A stretch of 64,000 bases of DNA from Octopus sinensis (lineage: Eukaryota): assembly GCF_006345805.1 (NCBI RefSeq), contig NC_043022.1, positions 20,088,001-20,152,000 on the forward strand, in the 5' to 3' direction. Of the stretch, positions 50,816-64,000 are shown one piece after another. The notes below the pieces were generated by a model. That model searched no databases, was not told the DNA's origin, and saw only the letters and a program-made list of their open reading frames with translations. Position numbers and translations under genes: made by a program. Each line of letters begins with the position of its first letter. Positions within the stretch are counted from its first letter, which is position 1.

Positions 50816-52588
50816 GAGATTGCAGCTCAGTGGTGATGATGCAGACAGAACCTTTTCGAAGCAACTGTTGGACGTCGGTAATGGCACTTCGGTTGTCGAG
50901 AAGGATGGCTGGGTCAGCTTGCTTTCTGGACATATGGTATCTGATTTAAAGGAACTAATGTATAAGATGTTTCCTAACCTGAAGAATCAGTTTACAGACC
51001 ACAAGTGGTTGAAAACCTATGCCATTTTAGCTCCAAAGAATGTGGCACTTGATGATTTGAACTTTAAACTTCTGGAACAGCTGCCAGGTGAGAGTCACAT
51101 TTACAATTTCATTGACACTGTACTCAAGATGGATGAAGCTGTGAATTATCCAGTTGAATTCTTGAATAGTCTAACACCACCTGGCCTCCCACCTCACAAC
51201 TTGCACCTCGAGCTTAGGACACCTGTTAAGCTGCTTCGAAACCTTGATCCACCAAAGAAGATGATGCTAACAGTCTTGGAGATTGGTAAAGCAAGCAGTG
51301 AGCCTGTGTTCATTCCAGTACAAGCATCTGCAATTCCCATTGAAGCTGAGCTTTGCAATGAGCATTTACAAGGCCCAGGTGCAGTCCTTGAACATGATAG
51401 GTCTGAATCTTATGGAACCAGTTTTCTCCCATGGCCAACTTTATGTGGAATGTTCAAGAGTCGGCAATCCTAATCATTTGTTTATTTCTGCCCCACAAGG
51501 AAAGACCAAATATGTTGTTTATCAAGAAGCTCTGCAAGCTTAATAAGATTCACCAAATCATCAGGCATTTATCATTTAACTGTAATATTTGTAAGTTTTA
51601 TAAATGTATTGATAATCTGCATGTTATTTTATTTTAAAATCTATATGCAAATTTATTTGTATGTTTACTGTAAAATTAAAAGTCAGTGTTCTTTTACTTC
51701 TTTTTTTTTCTTTTACTTGTTTCAGTCATTTGACTGCGGCCATGCTGGAGCACCGCCTTTAGTCAAGCAAATCGACCCCAGGACTTATTCTTTGTAAGCC
51801 CAGTGCTTATTCTATCGCTCTCTTTTGCCGAACCGCTAAGTGACGGGGACATAAACACACCAGCATCGGTTGTCAAGCAATGCTAGGGGGACAAACACAG
51901 ACATACACACACACATATATATATATACGACAGGCTTCTTTCAGTTTCCGTCTACCAAATCCACTCACAAGGCATTGGTCGGCCCGGGGCTATAGCAGAA
52001 GACACTTGCCCAAGATGCCACGCAGTGAGACTGAACCTGGAACCATGTGGTTGGTTAGCAAGCTACTTACCACACAGCCACTCCTGCGCCTATTGTGTCT
52101 ACATTCATTATAAATCTATTTCAACACTAGCGACCCTGAGGTAAATATTCTATGGGAATGCACAAAAGCCCTTTTCAGAGTTATTTACTTTGAATTGTTA
52201 TTATTTCATATCTGATTAGTCTGTTATTAAGTAACATACTTCACGATGTTTGTATACATAACTTATTAGTATTTCCTCCTATGTTCTATATACTCTGGGA
52301 ACGCATTAAAACCCTTTTTGGAGCTACTTTATTTGAATTCTTACTATTGGGTAACTAATTTCATGTTATTATGTGACTGACTTCACAATTTGGGTATTCA
52401 TAACTTATTGGGAATTCCTAAAAAATAAGATCCTGTGTAAGACAGTTGGGTATTCTCTGTAAATGCACAAAAACCGTTTTAAGGCCTACATACTTTGTAT
52501 TGTTGTTATTGGATTAGTGAAACAATTATGAGAACGGAACCAAGGTATAAGCCCAGCTTTTCCGAGAATTACCAGGTATGTCAGCTAG
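50816..52588 (+). mobile_element. Helitron 3' remnant with PIF1-like helicase fragment
   Basis: Translations include AILAPKN, YPVEFLNSLTPPGLPPHNL, LLRNL, QFPLKLSFAMSIYKAQ and VFSHGQLYV..SRV. The 3' end is CAGCTAG|T at 52588. 52130-52588 is the reverse complement of 18720-19160. A SINE is inserted at ~51705-52090. Confidence 0.9.
51705..52090 (-). mobile_element. SINE family A inside the Helitron 3' region
   Basis: Near identical to the other family A copies. Confidence 0.9.
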
Positions 52589-52728
52589 TATCTTCATACA
52601 TACATACATACACACATATATACATACATACATGCATACATACATACATACACACATATATACATACATACATGCATACATACATACACACATATATACA
52701 TACATACGTACATACATACATAGATACA

Positions 52729-52762
<34 letters not shown>

Positions 52763-53320
52763 CATACATACATACACACACACACACATACATACATACA
52801 TTGTTTTTTGGGGTTTTTTAGCACAAAGATTTTTTGGTGCTGTAATGAAATAGTATATGACTCTGCCTTTGGTATTCAAGTACTATTTTTTCCACCTTGT
52901 TTTGCATTCATGTGCTTACTTGGAAAGAAAATATACTCTGAGAAAACTTTATGATTGTTCTCATCAACTACCAATCAGGGACTTGTAGAATTTCTTTTAT
53001 TTTTGACCACCTGAATCTATAAAGGTAATATAAAAGGATGAAGCCCCATTTGTCAATTATATTGTTGTTGCTGTTTGGTCAAGAGGTCAATGGTCAAAGA
53101 TTTTCGGATTTGAAAGTTTCCTGAACTACACACAAAATTGGGAATTTCCATTTTTAGCCATTTTCAAGTCATGAAAATTGATAGTTATAGGCTTAGGAGT
53201 GGCTGTGTGGTAAGTAGCTTGCTTACGAACCACATGGTTCCAGGTTCAGTACAACTGCGTGGCACCTTGGGCAAGTGTCTTCTACTATAGTATCGGGCTG
53301 ACCAAATCCTTGTGTGTGCA

Positions 53321-53354
<34 letters not shown>

Positions 53355-53669
53355 CACGCATATATATTTATTGGCTAAACTGGCAACATGACTATCCCCA
53401 AATACAACAATATATATATATATATATATACACACACGCACATATATATCCCTTTCTGTAATTGTACATATATATATTGACGGGTGATTACTGATAAATT
53501 CTTTAAGATAGTTATTCCCTGCGAGTTATGTCCCTTCCGCCAGGAGATTTTTACTCATTCGATATTTAGTGATCAATAAAAATAAGCGGTGTGAAGTCGA
53601 TATTTTCAAGTGAAATCTTTGAAAACAGTCTCGTCACTAAAATCTGTACACATACATATATATATGTAT

Positions 53670-53715
<46 letters not shown>

Positions 53716-53762
53716 CATATATAGACATACGTATATACACATACATATACACACACATACAC

Positions 53763-53811
<49 letters not shown>

Positions 53812-53843
53812 CATATGTATATGTATGTATATAAATATATATA

Positions 53844-53882
<39 letters not shown>

Positions 53883-54720
53883 TGTTTGTATCTATAATAT
53901 ATATAAATATATATATGTGCATATATAACTATACTTGTACGTATATTTATATATATATGAGTGTGTGTGTGCGTGTATAAAACATGACAATAGATGTCGA
54001 GTGAATGTTTCAGGGCAAGCGAGAATTATTTTCAACCAATGAAACATGAAGAAAGCATTAAGTTCTGCCCACTTCCTATTCCCATTACTATTGCTGCATA
54101 TAGTGTATGTGTGTGCGTATGCATATATGCGTGTATAGGCTAAACTGTGTATGCGTATATCTTACTTACTACAATGTATGTGCGTGCGGTCGCGTGCGTA
54201 CGTTCGAATGGAGGAACGGAAGAATACACGAACGAATGAATGAACGAATGACCGACAGTGCGAGTGGTAGTAGTAGTAGTAGTATTACTAACAGTGGTAG
54301 TTGCTGCCGTCGTTGTCGTCGCGGTGGAGGTGGTGGTGGTGACTGCAGGTGCGGGTTGTGTGGAGATAGAGAGAGAGAGTGAGAGACGAACCAGGATACC
54401 TTTACTTTACGCCTCAGAACGGAATTTACGAGCGGCTTGTCAACTGTTTTTTGTGATTTTTTTTTTTTGCGATCACACGGAGACTCATATATGTATATAT
54501 ATTTATAAATATATATACTTTTATATATATTTGTATTTATATATGTATATATATATATGTGTGTATGTACATAAACATTGGTGAGTTATTTTTCTGTGAC
54601 ATTTGTACAGAAATGTCAGCTTATATGTAGTTCTTGGTGCTAAAACTTGTGTATCTATGTACATATATATATATATTTATACACACATGATCATATAGAT
54701 ATGTACATATATGCATGTGC

Positions 54721-54763
<43 letters not shown>

Positions 54764-55346
54764 TATGTGTTTCTTCTGTATGTATATGAATATTTGCGTG
54801 TATATATGACTATATGTATGTATATAGATAGATAGCATCCCTTGTCATATATAACGTATGTGTGTGTATATATATATATATATCATTTGATGTACACTGT
54901 ATTAAATATATAATTTGTCTGTCTTTCTAATGTCTATATATGACCCTGTGTATGTATATATGGGTACATTTATGTATGTACCTAGACATCTTTGTATGTA
55001 TAGACATGTACGTATATGTGTGTGTGTATTATATATGTAAATATAATATTGGGGTGGATATATGTGTGTGTGTATGTATTGTTAATCCATCGTTGATAAT
55101 TAATATATTTACATAACGACACTAAGAAAGGTTGACAGCCAGACTGTTCCAGAACGTGATAATTGCCTTGATGCAAGGGGTGGGGATACCGAGGTTAGGA
55201 AAAGAAAAGAGAGCATTAAGAATATGTCTTTAATAACTTTCAATTCTTTCCTTGCTGTTGCCCTCCTCTATTAACATATCTACATATTCATCAACCCGTC
55301 AACATCAATTTGACTCTAATTATATACAGCTAACACATGCATATGT

Positions 55347-55385
<39 letters not shown>

Positions 55386-57023
55386 ACACGTATCTATATA
55401 AGTATGTGGAGACAAAGTGTCTTTTTACAAAGCCTTGACTCGACCCAAAAGTCTTGTGAGAGAATCTGCGGGAAGCCTGTTATCTTAGGGACCAATATAT
55501 GTTTTTAGTCGGTAGATTTCTTGTCTGTTGCCCGGTTTAGCACCAACATACCATCACCTGGTCGGTCCTGGATGTCTTTAAATGAATTAGTATTTTGTTG
55601 CTAGGATTCGGGGCCCAACATTTCCCACCCAACAGTTTAGGAATCCCTGAAAAGTGTCGTCAGCATTGCCCTACTTCTTCTCACTTTATGCCACAGAAGT
55701 GTTGAATTGGTCTGGTGTTTACCATATGAAGCGCTATCGGCTATAAGAAAATTGAAAAGAGTGAAGCTTTTTCATTGCTATCACTCCGATTATCTGAAAA
55801 TCCATAAAATATCCAGAGAGTATGTATATATATGGATGTATGTACGTACGGTTTATTCGATATGGTATACTAATATTAATAATAATATTCCTTATATATT
55901 TTATAGGCCGCTTTTTTCCCCCGTTACTTTTTGACAGGAAGGAGAATCTCGTGTTACTAATTTCCAGTATTGGTCAATTAACATTATTTCATCTCCCCGA
56001 AAATTTTTATGTTGCCTGGTCGAAGAGGGGTGTGAGGGAAGCGGTGGTTAAGAAATGCAAGAAAGACAGGAAAAATCCGCCAAATACATTTAAAAAAAAT
56101 ACCCCCCATCAAAAAGCACATAATAGTAATAATGTTATTATTATTCATGTTTTAGAAGCAATTATCATCATCATCATCGTCATCATGATCGTTATTATCT
56201 AATTTTTGTAAAACCCCTCCCCCTATTTTCTGAGCAATTTCGCTGTTATTTTGACTTGATCTTGCTACCTGTCACACCAATGCACGCCACTGCAAGTCTC
56301 TTTAATTTCCTGTCATTATTATTATATCTTCTTTTTGTGGGTGAGAGAGGGTTTCGTCTCGCTCTCTTTCTCTCTTCATTTCTCATTCTTTCCCCCGTCT
56401 GTCTCATTTTCTTTTCATTAATTTTTAACCCACCCCCCATCAACTTTCAGGCATCGTGCCTTTAACAGAAAGGATTATTATTACTATTATCATTATTTTT
56501 TTTTTATTATTGCATAATAAATGTTCACTAACACACACAATCTGACTTTACTACTACTGTTAGTACTATAACTATTACTATAGTTACTACTACTGCTTTT
56601 TTTTTTTTTTAATATTTGCTTCACTTCACACTTTAAAAGCAGTTAATATTATTTGAGTTTTCCTTTTTTTCTTCTACCCACCGCCCTGTAATCTCCGGTT
56701 CTAGTTCTGTACTTTTATTTTATTTTAATAATTTTTTGTTTTCGTCTTTGTGTTTTTCTTTCCTTTTCCTTTTTTTTGCATGTATGTTTAGTATTGTTTT
56801 CCGCTCATTATGTACATTACGGAAGAATGGGAGCGTGAAGATGCGTGTGTATGTATATGTACGCATATATATATATGTGTGTATGCATAAGTATATATAT
56901 GTTATGTGTATGTATGAGTGTACGTGTGTATGTATGTACGTGTATGAATGTATGCAAGATATACCTGTGTTTATATATGTGTGTGTATGAATATCGTTGT
57001 ATAACTGTCTCTCTCCGTATGTA

Positions 57024-57057
<34 letters not shown>

Positions 57058-57202
57058 ATGTCTGTTTGTCATCTGAAAGAAAATATGATAACATAACCGG
57101 ATCTGAAGGTTTCGTCGTACACTATTATGTAGACTGCATTTATCACCGAGCATCTCTCTACGTCTAAATAGCTATGTAAGTCGCTTGTTACTCATCAACG
57201 GG

Positions 57203-57260
<58 letters not shown>

Positions 57261-57492
57261 GTATGAATGTATGTATATTGCGTGTCTTTGTATCAGATGT
57301 CGACTCTTTCCTTTTCGTTCTTATTTATTACTTTCTAAAAGATTTTTTGTCGAAGCCGCAAAATGATAAATTTATATACAAACATTTGTTGAACATTTGG
57401 GTGAAAAATACCTGTCAAATGAGTTGTGATGTGCCCTGTAGAGAGCACTTGTCTTGTTAAAATGTGTCTGTAATACACACACACACACACAC

Positions 57493-57546
<54 letters not shown>

Positions 57547-58402
57547 TATATTATATATATATAGTGGGGCATATAAGCACGATTAGGTTTGATGTACATA
57601 TATGTATATATACATATAATACACGTATGCACAGTTATGTATGTCTGTATAACGGATTACTTGTCCTTTTTTTTTCATCTGTCTCTTTAGTTAATTGATT
57701 TATAGCGAAAATAATAACGAACCATCAGTAAATATTGGACATTTGGTTTGTGGGGGAGTTGGGGGTGAACGAGGACGGGGTTGTGCGTCGAACTAAGTAT
57801 AAAGGCCGATTTGTTATTTCTTGCTAAGCTCCCTGATCGACGAACGGACAGACCCAGGATCATCTGTGTGCTGGCTGTGACCATCCCATCGTTTTAGTCA
57901 GGCGTAAGTGCAATACATATGGGACTTGGACCTTATTGCAGTGTATCACTCTTTGGCTTTCTATGATTAATGTTGTTCCACCCGTGACCATCCCATCTTT
58001 TGTTCAACATCTTACAGTATAAGGTCTATTCTATCTCTTGTGTTGTCCATTCCTTGTTCTACCGTGACGTTCCATCCATGACCGTTGTCTTTATGTTTTA
58101 GACTAATTGTTTCTACTTAATGTAGCATGTTGTTCCTTATTTTTCTATAAGCCGTGGCGTTCCATCCGTGACCGTCGTTCTTTATATTTAAGACACTGTC
58201 TAAGTGTGTTTACTTAATCTATTTCTTGTTCCTTATTTTTCTATAATGGCGTTCCATCCGTGGCCGTCCAGTCTTTATTAAGGCATAGTTATACATATGG
58301 GATCACTTCAAGGCACTTCAAGGCAGTGCCCCAGCATGGCTGCAGTCCAATGACTAAAACAAGTGAAGGATCTCTCTCTCCATATATATATATATATATA
58401 TA

Positions 58403-60031
58403 TACAACGGGCTTCTTTTACATGTACAAAGCTTTTTTTTTACAGTAGTTGTACAGAGAATATAATGAGAAAGATTTAGCTGCTATTTTTTTTCTTTTTG
58501 TAAATCGAGTGATCACAAAGAGAAGCAACACTACTAAATCGAGGTAGTCGTAGGCTGCTGACATTGATTCGTACCTGTATATTACAGGTATTTAATTAGA
58601 TCCGAATGACAAATAAAAAAATTCACAAATGCACCACTACTTGAATAAGAAAATATTTAGTCCGGCGCTCAACTGTGAGAAAGAAACTAAATAAGGCAAA
58701 CTACAATAACTCTCCCATTTAATCCCTTCCTCCCCCCCACCGATATACTGTTGTTTAGTTTCTATTCTTTTAAGATCTATTGATTGAAGACAACACTCCA
58801 GTCGTGACTCTCTCGTCTATTTTTGTGCATCCATTGACAAGATTGGTTTTGAGGGAGATTTGGTTGCTAGTTCTAACATGTTAAAGGACTACATAAAAGG
58901 TTTGTTAACGGAAATGGGGTCAGTGCACTAGACACGGCTCCACCCTATTTAACCCTAGGAGAGGGTCGAATGTGCTTGGATGTCTTAGATGGCCATACAC
59001 ACAGGTCTTACCCCTTTTTCCTTCAGAGTAACAAGCTAGAAAATATATGGAGTATTACATGAAAATCATGCAACTATACACACACACATGTGTATAAGTA
59101 TGTGTCTGTATGTATATCTATATAATACCTTACTGGATTTTCATAATCATCCCTGATTCTTTCTACGTAACTAAAATTTCACTTTTTTGTGTGTTAGTGT
59201 GTTCTATTACCACTATATATATATATATATATATATATTACAACGGGCTTCTTTTACATGTACAAAGCTTTTTTTTAACAGTAGTTGTACAGAGAATATA
59301 ATGAGAAAGATTTAGCTGCTATTTTTTTCTTTTTGTAAATCGAGTGATCACAAAGAGAAGCAACACTACTAAATCGAGGTAGTCGTAGGCTGCTGACATT
59401 GATTCGTACCTGTATATTACAGGTATTTAATTAGATCCGAATGACAAATAAAAAAATTCACAAAATGCACCACTACTTGAATAAGAAAATATTTAGTCCG
59501 GCGCTCAACTGTGAGAAAGAAACTAAATAAGGCAAACTACAATAGACTCTCCCATTTAATCCCTTCCATCCCCCCACCGATATACTGTTGTTTAGTTTCT
59601 ATTCTTTTAAGATCTATGATTGAAGACAACACTCCAGTCGTGACTCTCTCGTCTATTTTTGTGCATCCATTGACAAGATTGGTTTTGAGGGAGATTTGGT
59701 TGCTAGTTCTAACATGTTAAAGGACTACATAAAAGGTTTGTTAACGGAAATGGGGTCAGTGCACTAGACACGCTCCACCCTATTTAACCCTAGGAGAGGG
59801 TCGAATGTGCTTGGATGTCTTAGATGGCCATACACACAGGTCTTACCCCTTTTTCCTTCAGAGTAACAAGCTAGAAAATATATGGAGTATTACATGAAAA
59901 TCATGCAACTATACACACACACATGTGTATAAGTATGTGTCTGTATGTATATCTATATAATACCTTACTGGATTTTCATAATCATCCCTGATTCTTTCTA
60001 CGTAACTAAAATTTCACTTTTTTGTGTGTTA
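58403..60031. repeat. Near-identical tandem duplication, ~795 bp x2
   Basis: 58403-59196 and 59239-60031 align along their full length with a few small indels. Confidence 0.95.
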
Positions 60032-61169
60032 TATATATACACATATATATATATATATATATCAAAAGTAAATAAACCCCTCCCCTCATCAGTTTTTAAA
60101 TATTCATTTCAAGAAACAAGATGTCACTTGATGCATTTAAAGTCTTAACGTTGTATTTAGTAGACATATCTTGTGCATAATACATTAAGTTCGAAGCACC
60201 AGGTAGTTACCACACATAAAACGTATAACGAAGGGTGTATACCTTTGAGGTGTGTGTGTGTAATGATAGGTAGATTGCTCTTTTTATGAGCCCGATATAT
60301 TTATGATGAGAAATTCCCGAGTTACCTTTGAGTAATATTATTCCACTCTACCTAACAGTATTGAGTACTTGTACCGCTCAGCTTCAGTTCGCATATGCTA
60401 TATATATAATATAGGTACACACACATATACAAATATATTTATATGTGCATATCACACATATATACAAATATATTTATATGTGCATATCATACATATATAC
60501 ATATATTTATATATATATACATGCATACGAACGAGCCTTTTGATAAGAAAAATGCTGTGTTCATATTCGCTAGCATGTAACGAAATCATTATATTATCAA
60601 TATACTTTGAAGATAATTTAAAATATGTATCGCGATATAACATAAGGTGGCTTAATTATATTCCATAGATAAGAGAACGGATTTCATTTTGCTTGTATGT
60701 GTGTGTATTTAATGCATCTCTTTTGCTTATTTCTGTCATTGGATTGCAACCATCCTGGGGCACCGCATTGAAGGGTTTAGTCGAACGAATCCCTCGAATA
60801 TTCCTTTTTTCATTTTTTAAAGTGTGGCACTCTATTCTATCAGTATCGTCTGCCGAACCGCTACCTAACAAGCCAACACCCTTTCACAAGCAGTGGTGTT
60901 TTGGACAGACACAAACTCTCCGCCCTCCTATATATATATATATATATATGTATATGTATATTTTATTTGTCATTTGACTGTGGCCATACTGGAGCACCGC
61001 CTTTCAGTCGAAGAAATCAATCCCTAGCTTATTCTATCAGTTCTTTTGCAGAACCTCTATGTTACGGGGTCGTAATCATGCCAACATCTGTTGTCAGGCA
61101 GTGGGGTGGGGGTGGGGACAAACACACTTAAATACATGCATATATATGCATAAATACATGCATATATAC

Positions 61170-61562
61170 AAGCGCAGGAGTGGCTGTGTGGTAAGTAGCT
61201 TGCTTACCAACCACATGGTTCTGGGTTCAGCCCCACTGCGTGGCACCTTGGGCAAGTGTCTTCTACTATAGCCTCGGGCCGACCAAAGCCTTGTGAGTGG
61301 ATTTGGTAGATGGAAACTGAAAGAAGCCCGTCGTATATATATGTATGTGTGCATGTATGTTTGTGTGTCTGTGTTTGTTCCCCTAGCATTGCTTGACAAC
61401 CGATGCTGGTGTCTTTATGTCCCCGTCACTTAGCGGTCCGGCAAAAGAGATCGATAGAATAAGTACTGGGCTTACAAAGAATAAGTCCTGGAGTTGAGTT
61501 GCTCGACTAAAGGCGGTGCTCCAGCATGGCCACAGTCAAATGACTGAAACGAGTAAAAGAGT
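61170..61562 (+). mobile_element. SINE family A (part of a dense, mixed-orientation cluster at 60715-63088)
   Basis: Full family A consensus. Further minus-strand copies or fragments lie at 60715-61120, 61570-61735, 61790-62431 and 62667-63088. Confidence 0.9.
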
Positions 61563-61733
61563 ATATAAAGATACAACGGGCTTCTTTCAGTTCTGTCTAT
61601 CAAATCCACTCACAAGGCTTTGGTCAGCCCAAGGCTACAGTAGAAGACACTTGCTCAAAGTGCTACACAACGGGACTGACCCTGCAACCATGTGGTTGGG
61701 AAGCAAGCTTCTTATCACACTACCATGCATGCA

Positions 61734-61780
<47 letters not shown>

Positions 61781-62434
61781 TATATATATTCTTTTACCTG
61801 TTTGTCATTTTACTGTGGCCATGCTGGAGCACTGCCTTTAGTTAAATAAATCGACCCAGGAGTCATTCTTTGTAAGCCTAGTGCTTATTCTAGCTGTCTC
61901 TTTTGCTGAATCGCTAAGTTACAGGGACGTAAACACCCCAGCATCGGTTGGCAAATGCTGGTGGGGGGACAAACACAGACACACGTACACACACACACAC
62001 ACATGTAACGGGCTTCTTTCAGTTTCCGTCTACCAAAATCCACTCAAATGGCTTTGGTTGGTTTGCAGCTGTAGTAGAAGATATTAGTGGAGCAAATCAA
62101 CCCCAGGACTTATTCTTTGTCAGCCTAGTGCTTATTCTATCGGTCTCTTTTGCTGAACTGCTAAGTTACAGGGATGTAAACACACCAGCATTGGTTGTCA
62201 AGTGATGTTGGTGGGGGGGGAGAGACAAACACACACACACACACACACACACTTATATATATATATATGACGGGCCTCTTTCAGTTTCCGTCTACCAAAT
62301 CCACTTACAAGGCTTTGGTTGGCCCAAGGCTATAGTAGAAGACACTTGCCCAAGGTGCCACGCAGTGGGACTGAACCCGGGACCATGTGGTTGGTAGACA
62401 AGCTACTTACCACACAGCCACTCCTGCACCTATG

Positions 62435-62885
62435 TGCATTTTGTTTCTCTCAACTACCATCTCTGAGAATAACAGCACAATGATGCAATTTACTCTGCGA
62501 GAAATTTGGAGATGACATACAGTACTGCTTCGCATTGACACCAGAAGCTCCAATATGAATATTTCAGAGTGTTTGGGTGTCAACCTGAAGACAGTGCAGA
62601 GAATTCAGAAAGAGTTGGATGAATCTAATGGTGATTACAAAGGTACAACAGCTTGGAAAACTGACTCTCTCTTTGACTCTTTTACTTGTTTCAGTCATTT
62701 GACTGTGGCCATGCTGGAGCACCGCCTTTAATCGAGCAACTTGACCCCGGGACTTATTCTTTGTAAGCCCAGTACATATTCTATCGGTCTCTTTTTGCCG
62801 AACCGCTAAGTGACGGGGACGTAAACACACCAGCATCGGTTGTCAAGCAATGCTAGGGGGACAAACATACACTATACATATATAT

Positions 62886-62924
<39 letters not shown>

Positions 62925-63744
62925 CGACAGGCTTCTTTCAGTTTCCGTCTACCAAATCCACTCACAAGGCATTGGTCGGCCCGGGGCTATAGCAGAAGAC
63001 ACTTGCCCAAGATGCCACGCAGTGGGACTGAACCCGGAACCATGTGGTTGGTTAGCAAGCTACTTACCACACAGCCACTCCTACGCCTGTGAAGCTTTTG
63101 AAAAATTTCTGCCAGGATCAGATGGTGAACACACAGAACAACCGCTGGCTTGCCTCGTCTCCAATACATGTACCGAGAGTGATAAAAACCAAACATCATG
63201 GTGTTTGGAGTGATCACTAATGATGGCGGCAGTATGCCTCCGTTCATCTTCCCACACAGCCTCAGACTCAGCACTGAGGCTTACATCAAGTACCTGGAGG
63301 AGGTAGTGCTACCCTGGGTCAAGAGGATGGCTGCTGGAAGACCCTATGTCTGACAAGAGGACTCTGCACCCTGCGACACAAGCAGGAGAACTCAATCATG
63401 GCTGTCAGACAATTTCTTTGACCACATCACCCCTAACATCTGGCCACCTAACTCCCCAGACTGCAACTCCCTTGATTATTATGTGTGGAGCGCAGTTGAG
63501 CGAGAGACCAACAAAACTCCTTGTAACACCAAAGATGAACTAAAGGCAAGAATTATGGCAGCATTCACCAACTTAAACAAGGAGACTGTCCAGAAGAGTT
63601 GCTGGAGATTCCGAAGTCATCTGGAGGCCGTGGTTGAAGCCAATGGCAACTTTATTGAATAAATTTATTCATCTGTTAAAATGAGATATAACTGTTATTT
63701 TCATTTTTGTCTAATTTTGATGACCATGTATTCACCACACCCTG
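62435..63744 (+). mobile_element. Tc1/mariner-superfamily DD37D (maT-like) transposon remnant, split by a SINE
   Basis: 63198-63662 reads MVFGVIT...YV*QEDSAPCDTSRRTQSWL...WPPNSPDCNSLDYYVW...FIE*, with 37 residues between the last two Asp. The right end is CACCCTG|TA at 63744. An in-frame stop and an internal deletion are present. Confidence 0.85.
62667..63088 (-). mobile_element. SINE family A inserted in the DD37D transposon
   Basis: Full reverse-complement consensus with CpGs retained (young copy). Confidence 0.9.
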
Positions 63745-64000
63745 TATATGTGTGTGTGTGTGTGTGTGAGATATACTGACAAAAGTATTATTGACATACA
63801 TTTTTTTGTACTCTGTTGGTTTATCTGAGGTGTTAAAATTCTATTGTGTACGTTTTATGTGAACTTTTGTCATTTTTTTTTCTGAGTATATTTGTGTTTT
63901 CATGAAGTTCTTTTGTGACATGGATATCGTTTTGTTGCCAACCCATGAGAACTTTATGCTTCATTGGTATACATTCATTATCATCATCATCGTCGTCGTT

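Overview
AT-rich, microsatellite- and SINE-dense eukaryotic DNA. The repeat families look like those of an Octopus (cephalopod) genome; this is inferred from pattern recognition, not from a search. The only host coding exon I can support is the first coding exon of dishevelled (Dvl, N-terminal DIX domain) on the minus strand at 41651-41811, ending in a phase-2 GG|GTAAGT donor. I found no exon 2, so positions 1-41650 are probably intron 1 (over 41 kb). Mobile DNA includes: a near full-length RTE-clade LINE, a non-autonomous Helitron, a rearranged Helitron helicase remnant, a Gypsy pol remnant carrying a hAT MITE, a Penelope-like RT fragment, DD37D and Tc1 transposase remnants, TTAA MITEs, at least three tRNA-derived SINE families, and a 3.5 kb minisatellite. 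The most unusual observations are: (i) several minimal type-I hammerhead-ribozyme-like motifs, mostly on the Dvl sense strand; (ii) a duplicated intronic block containing a possible alternative micro first exon in the same splice phase as Dvl exon 1; (iii) long fold-back structures in the intron; (iv) a SINE with an ~84 bp target-site duplication. Almost all ORFs in the supplied track are microsatellite or SINE artefacts.
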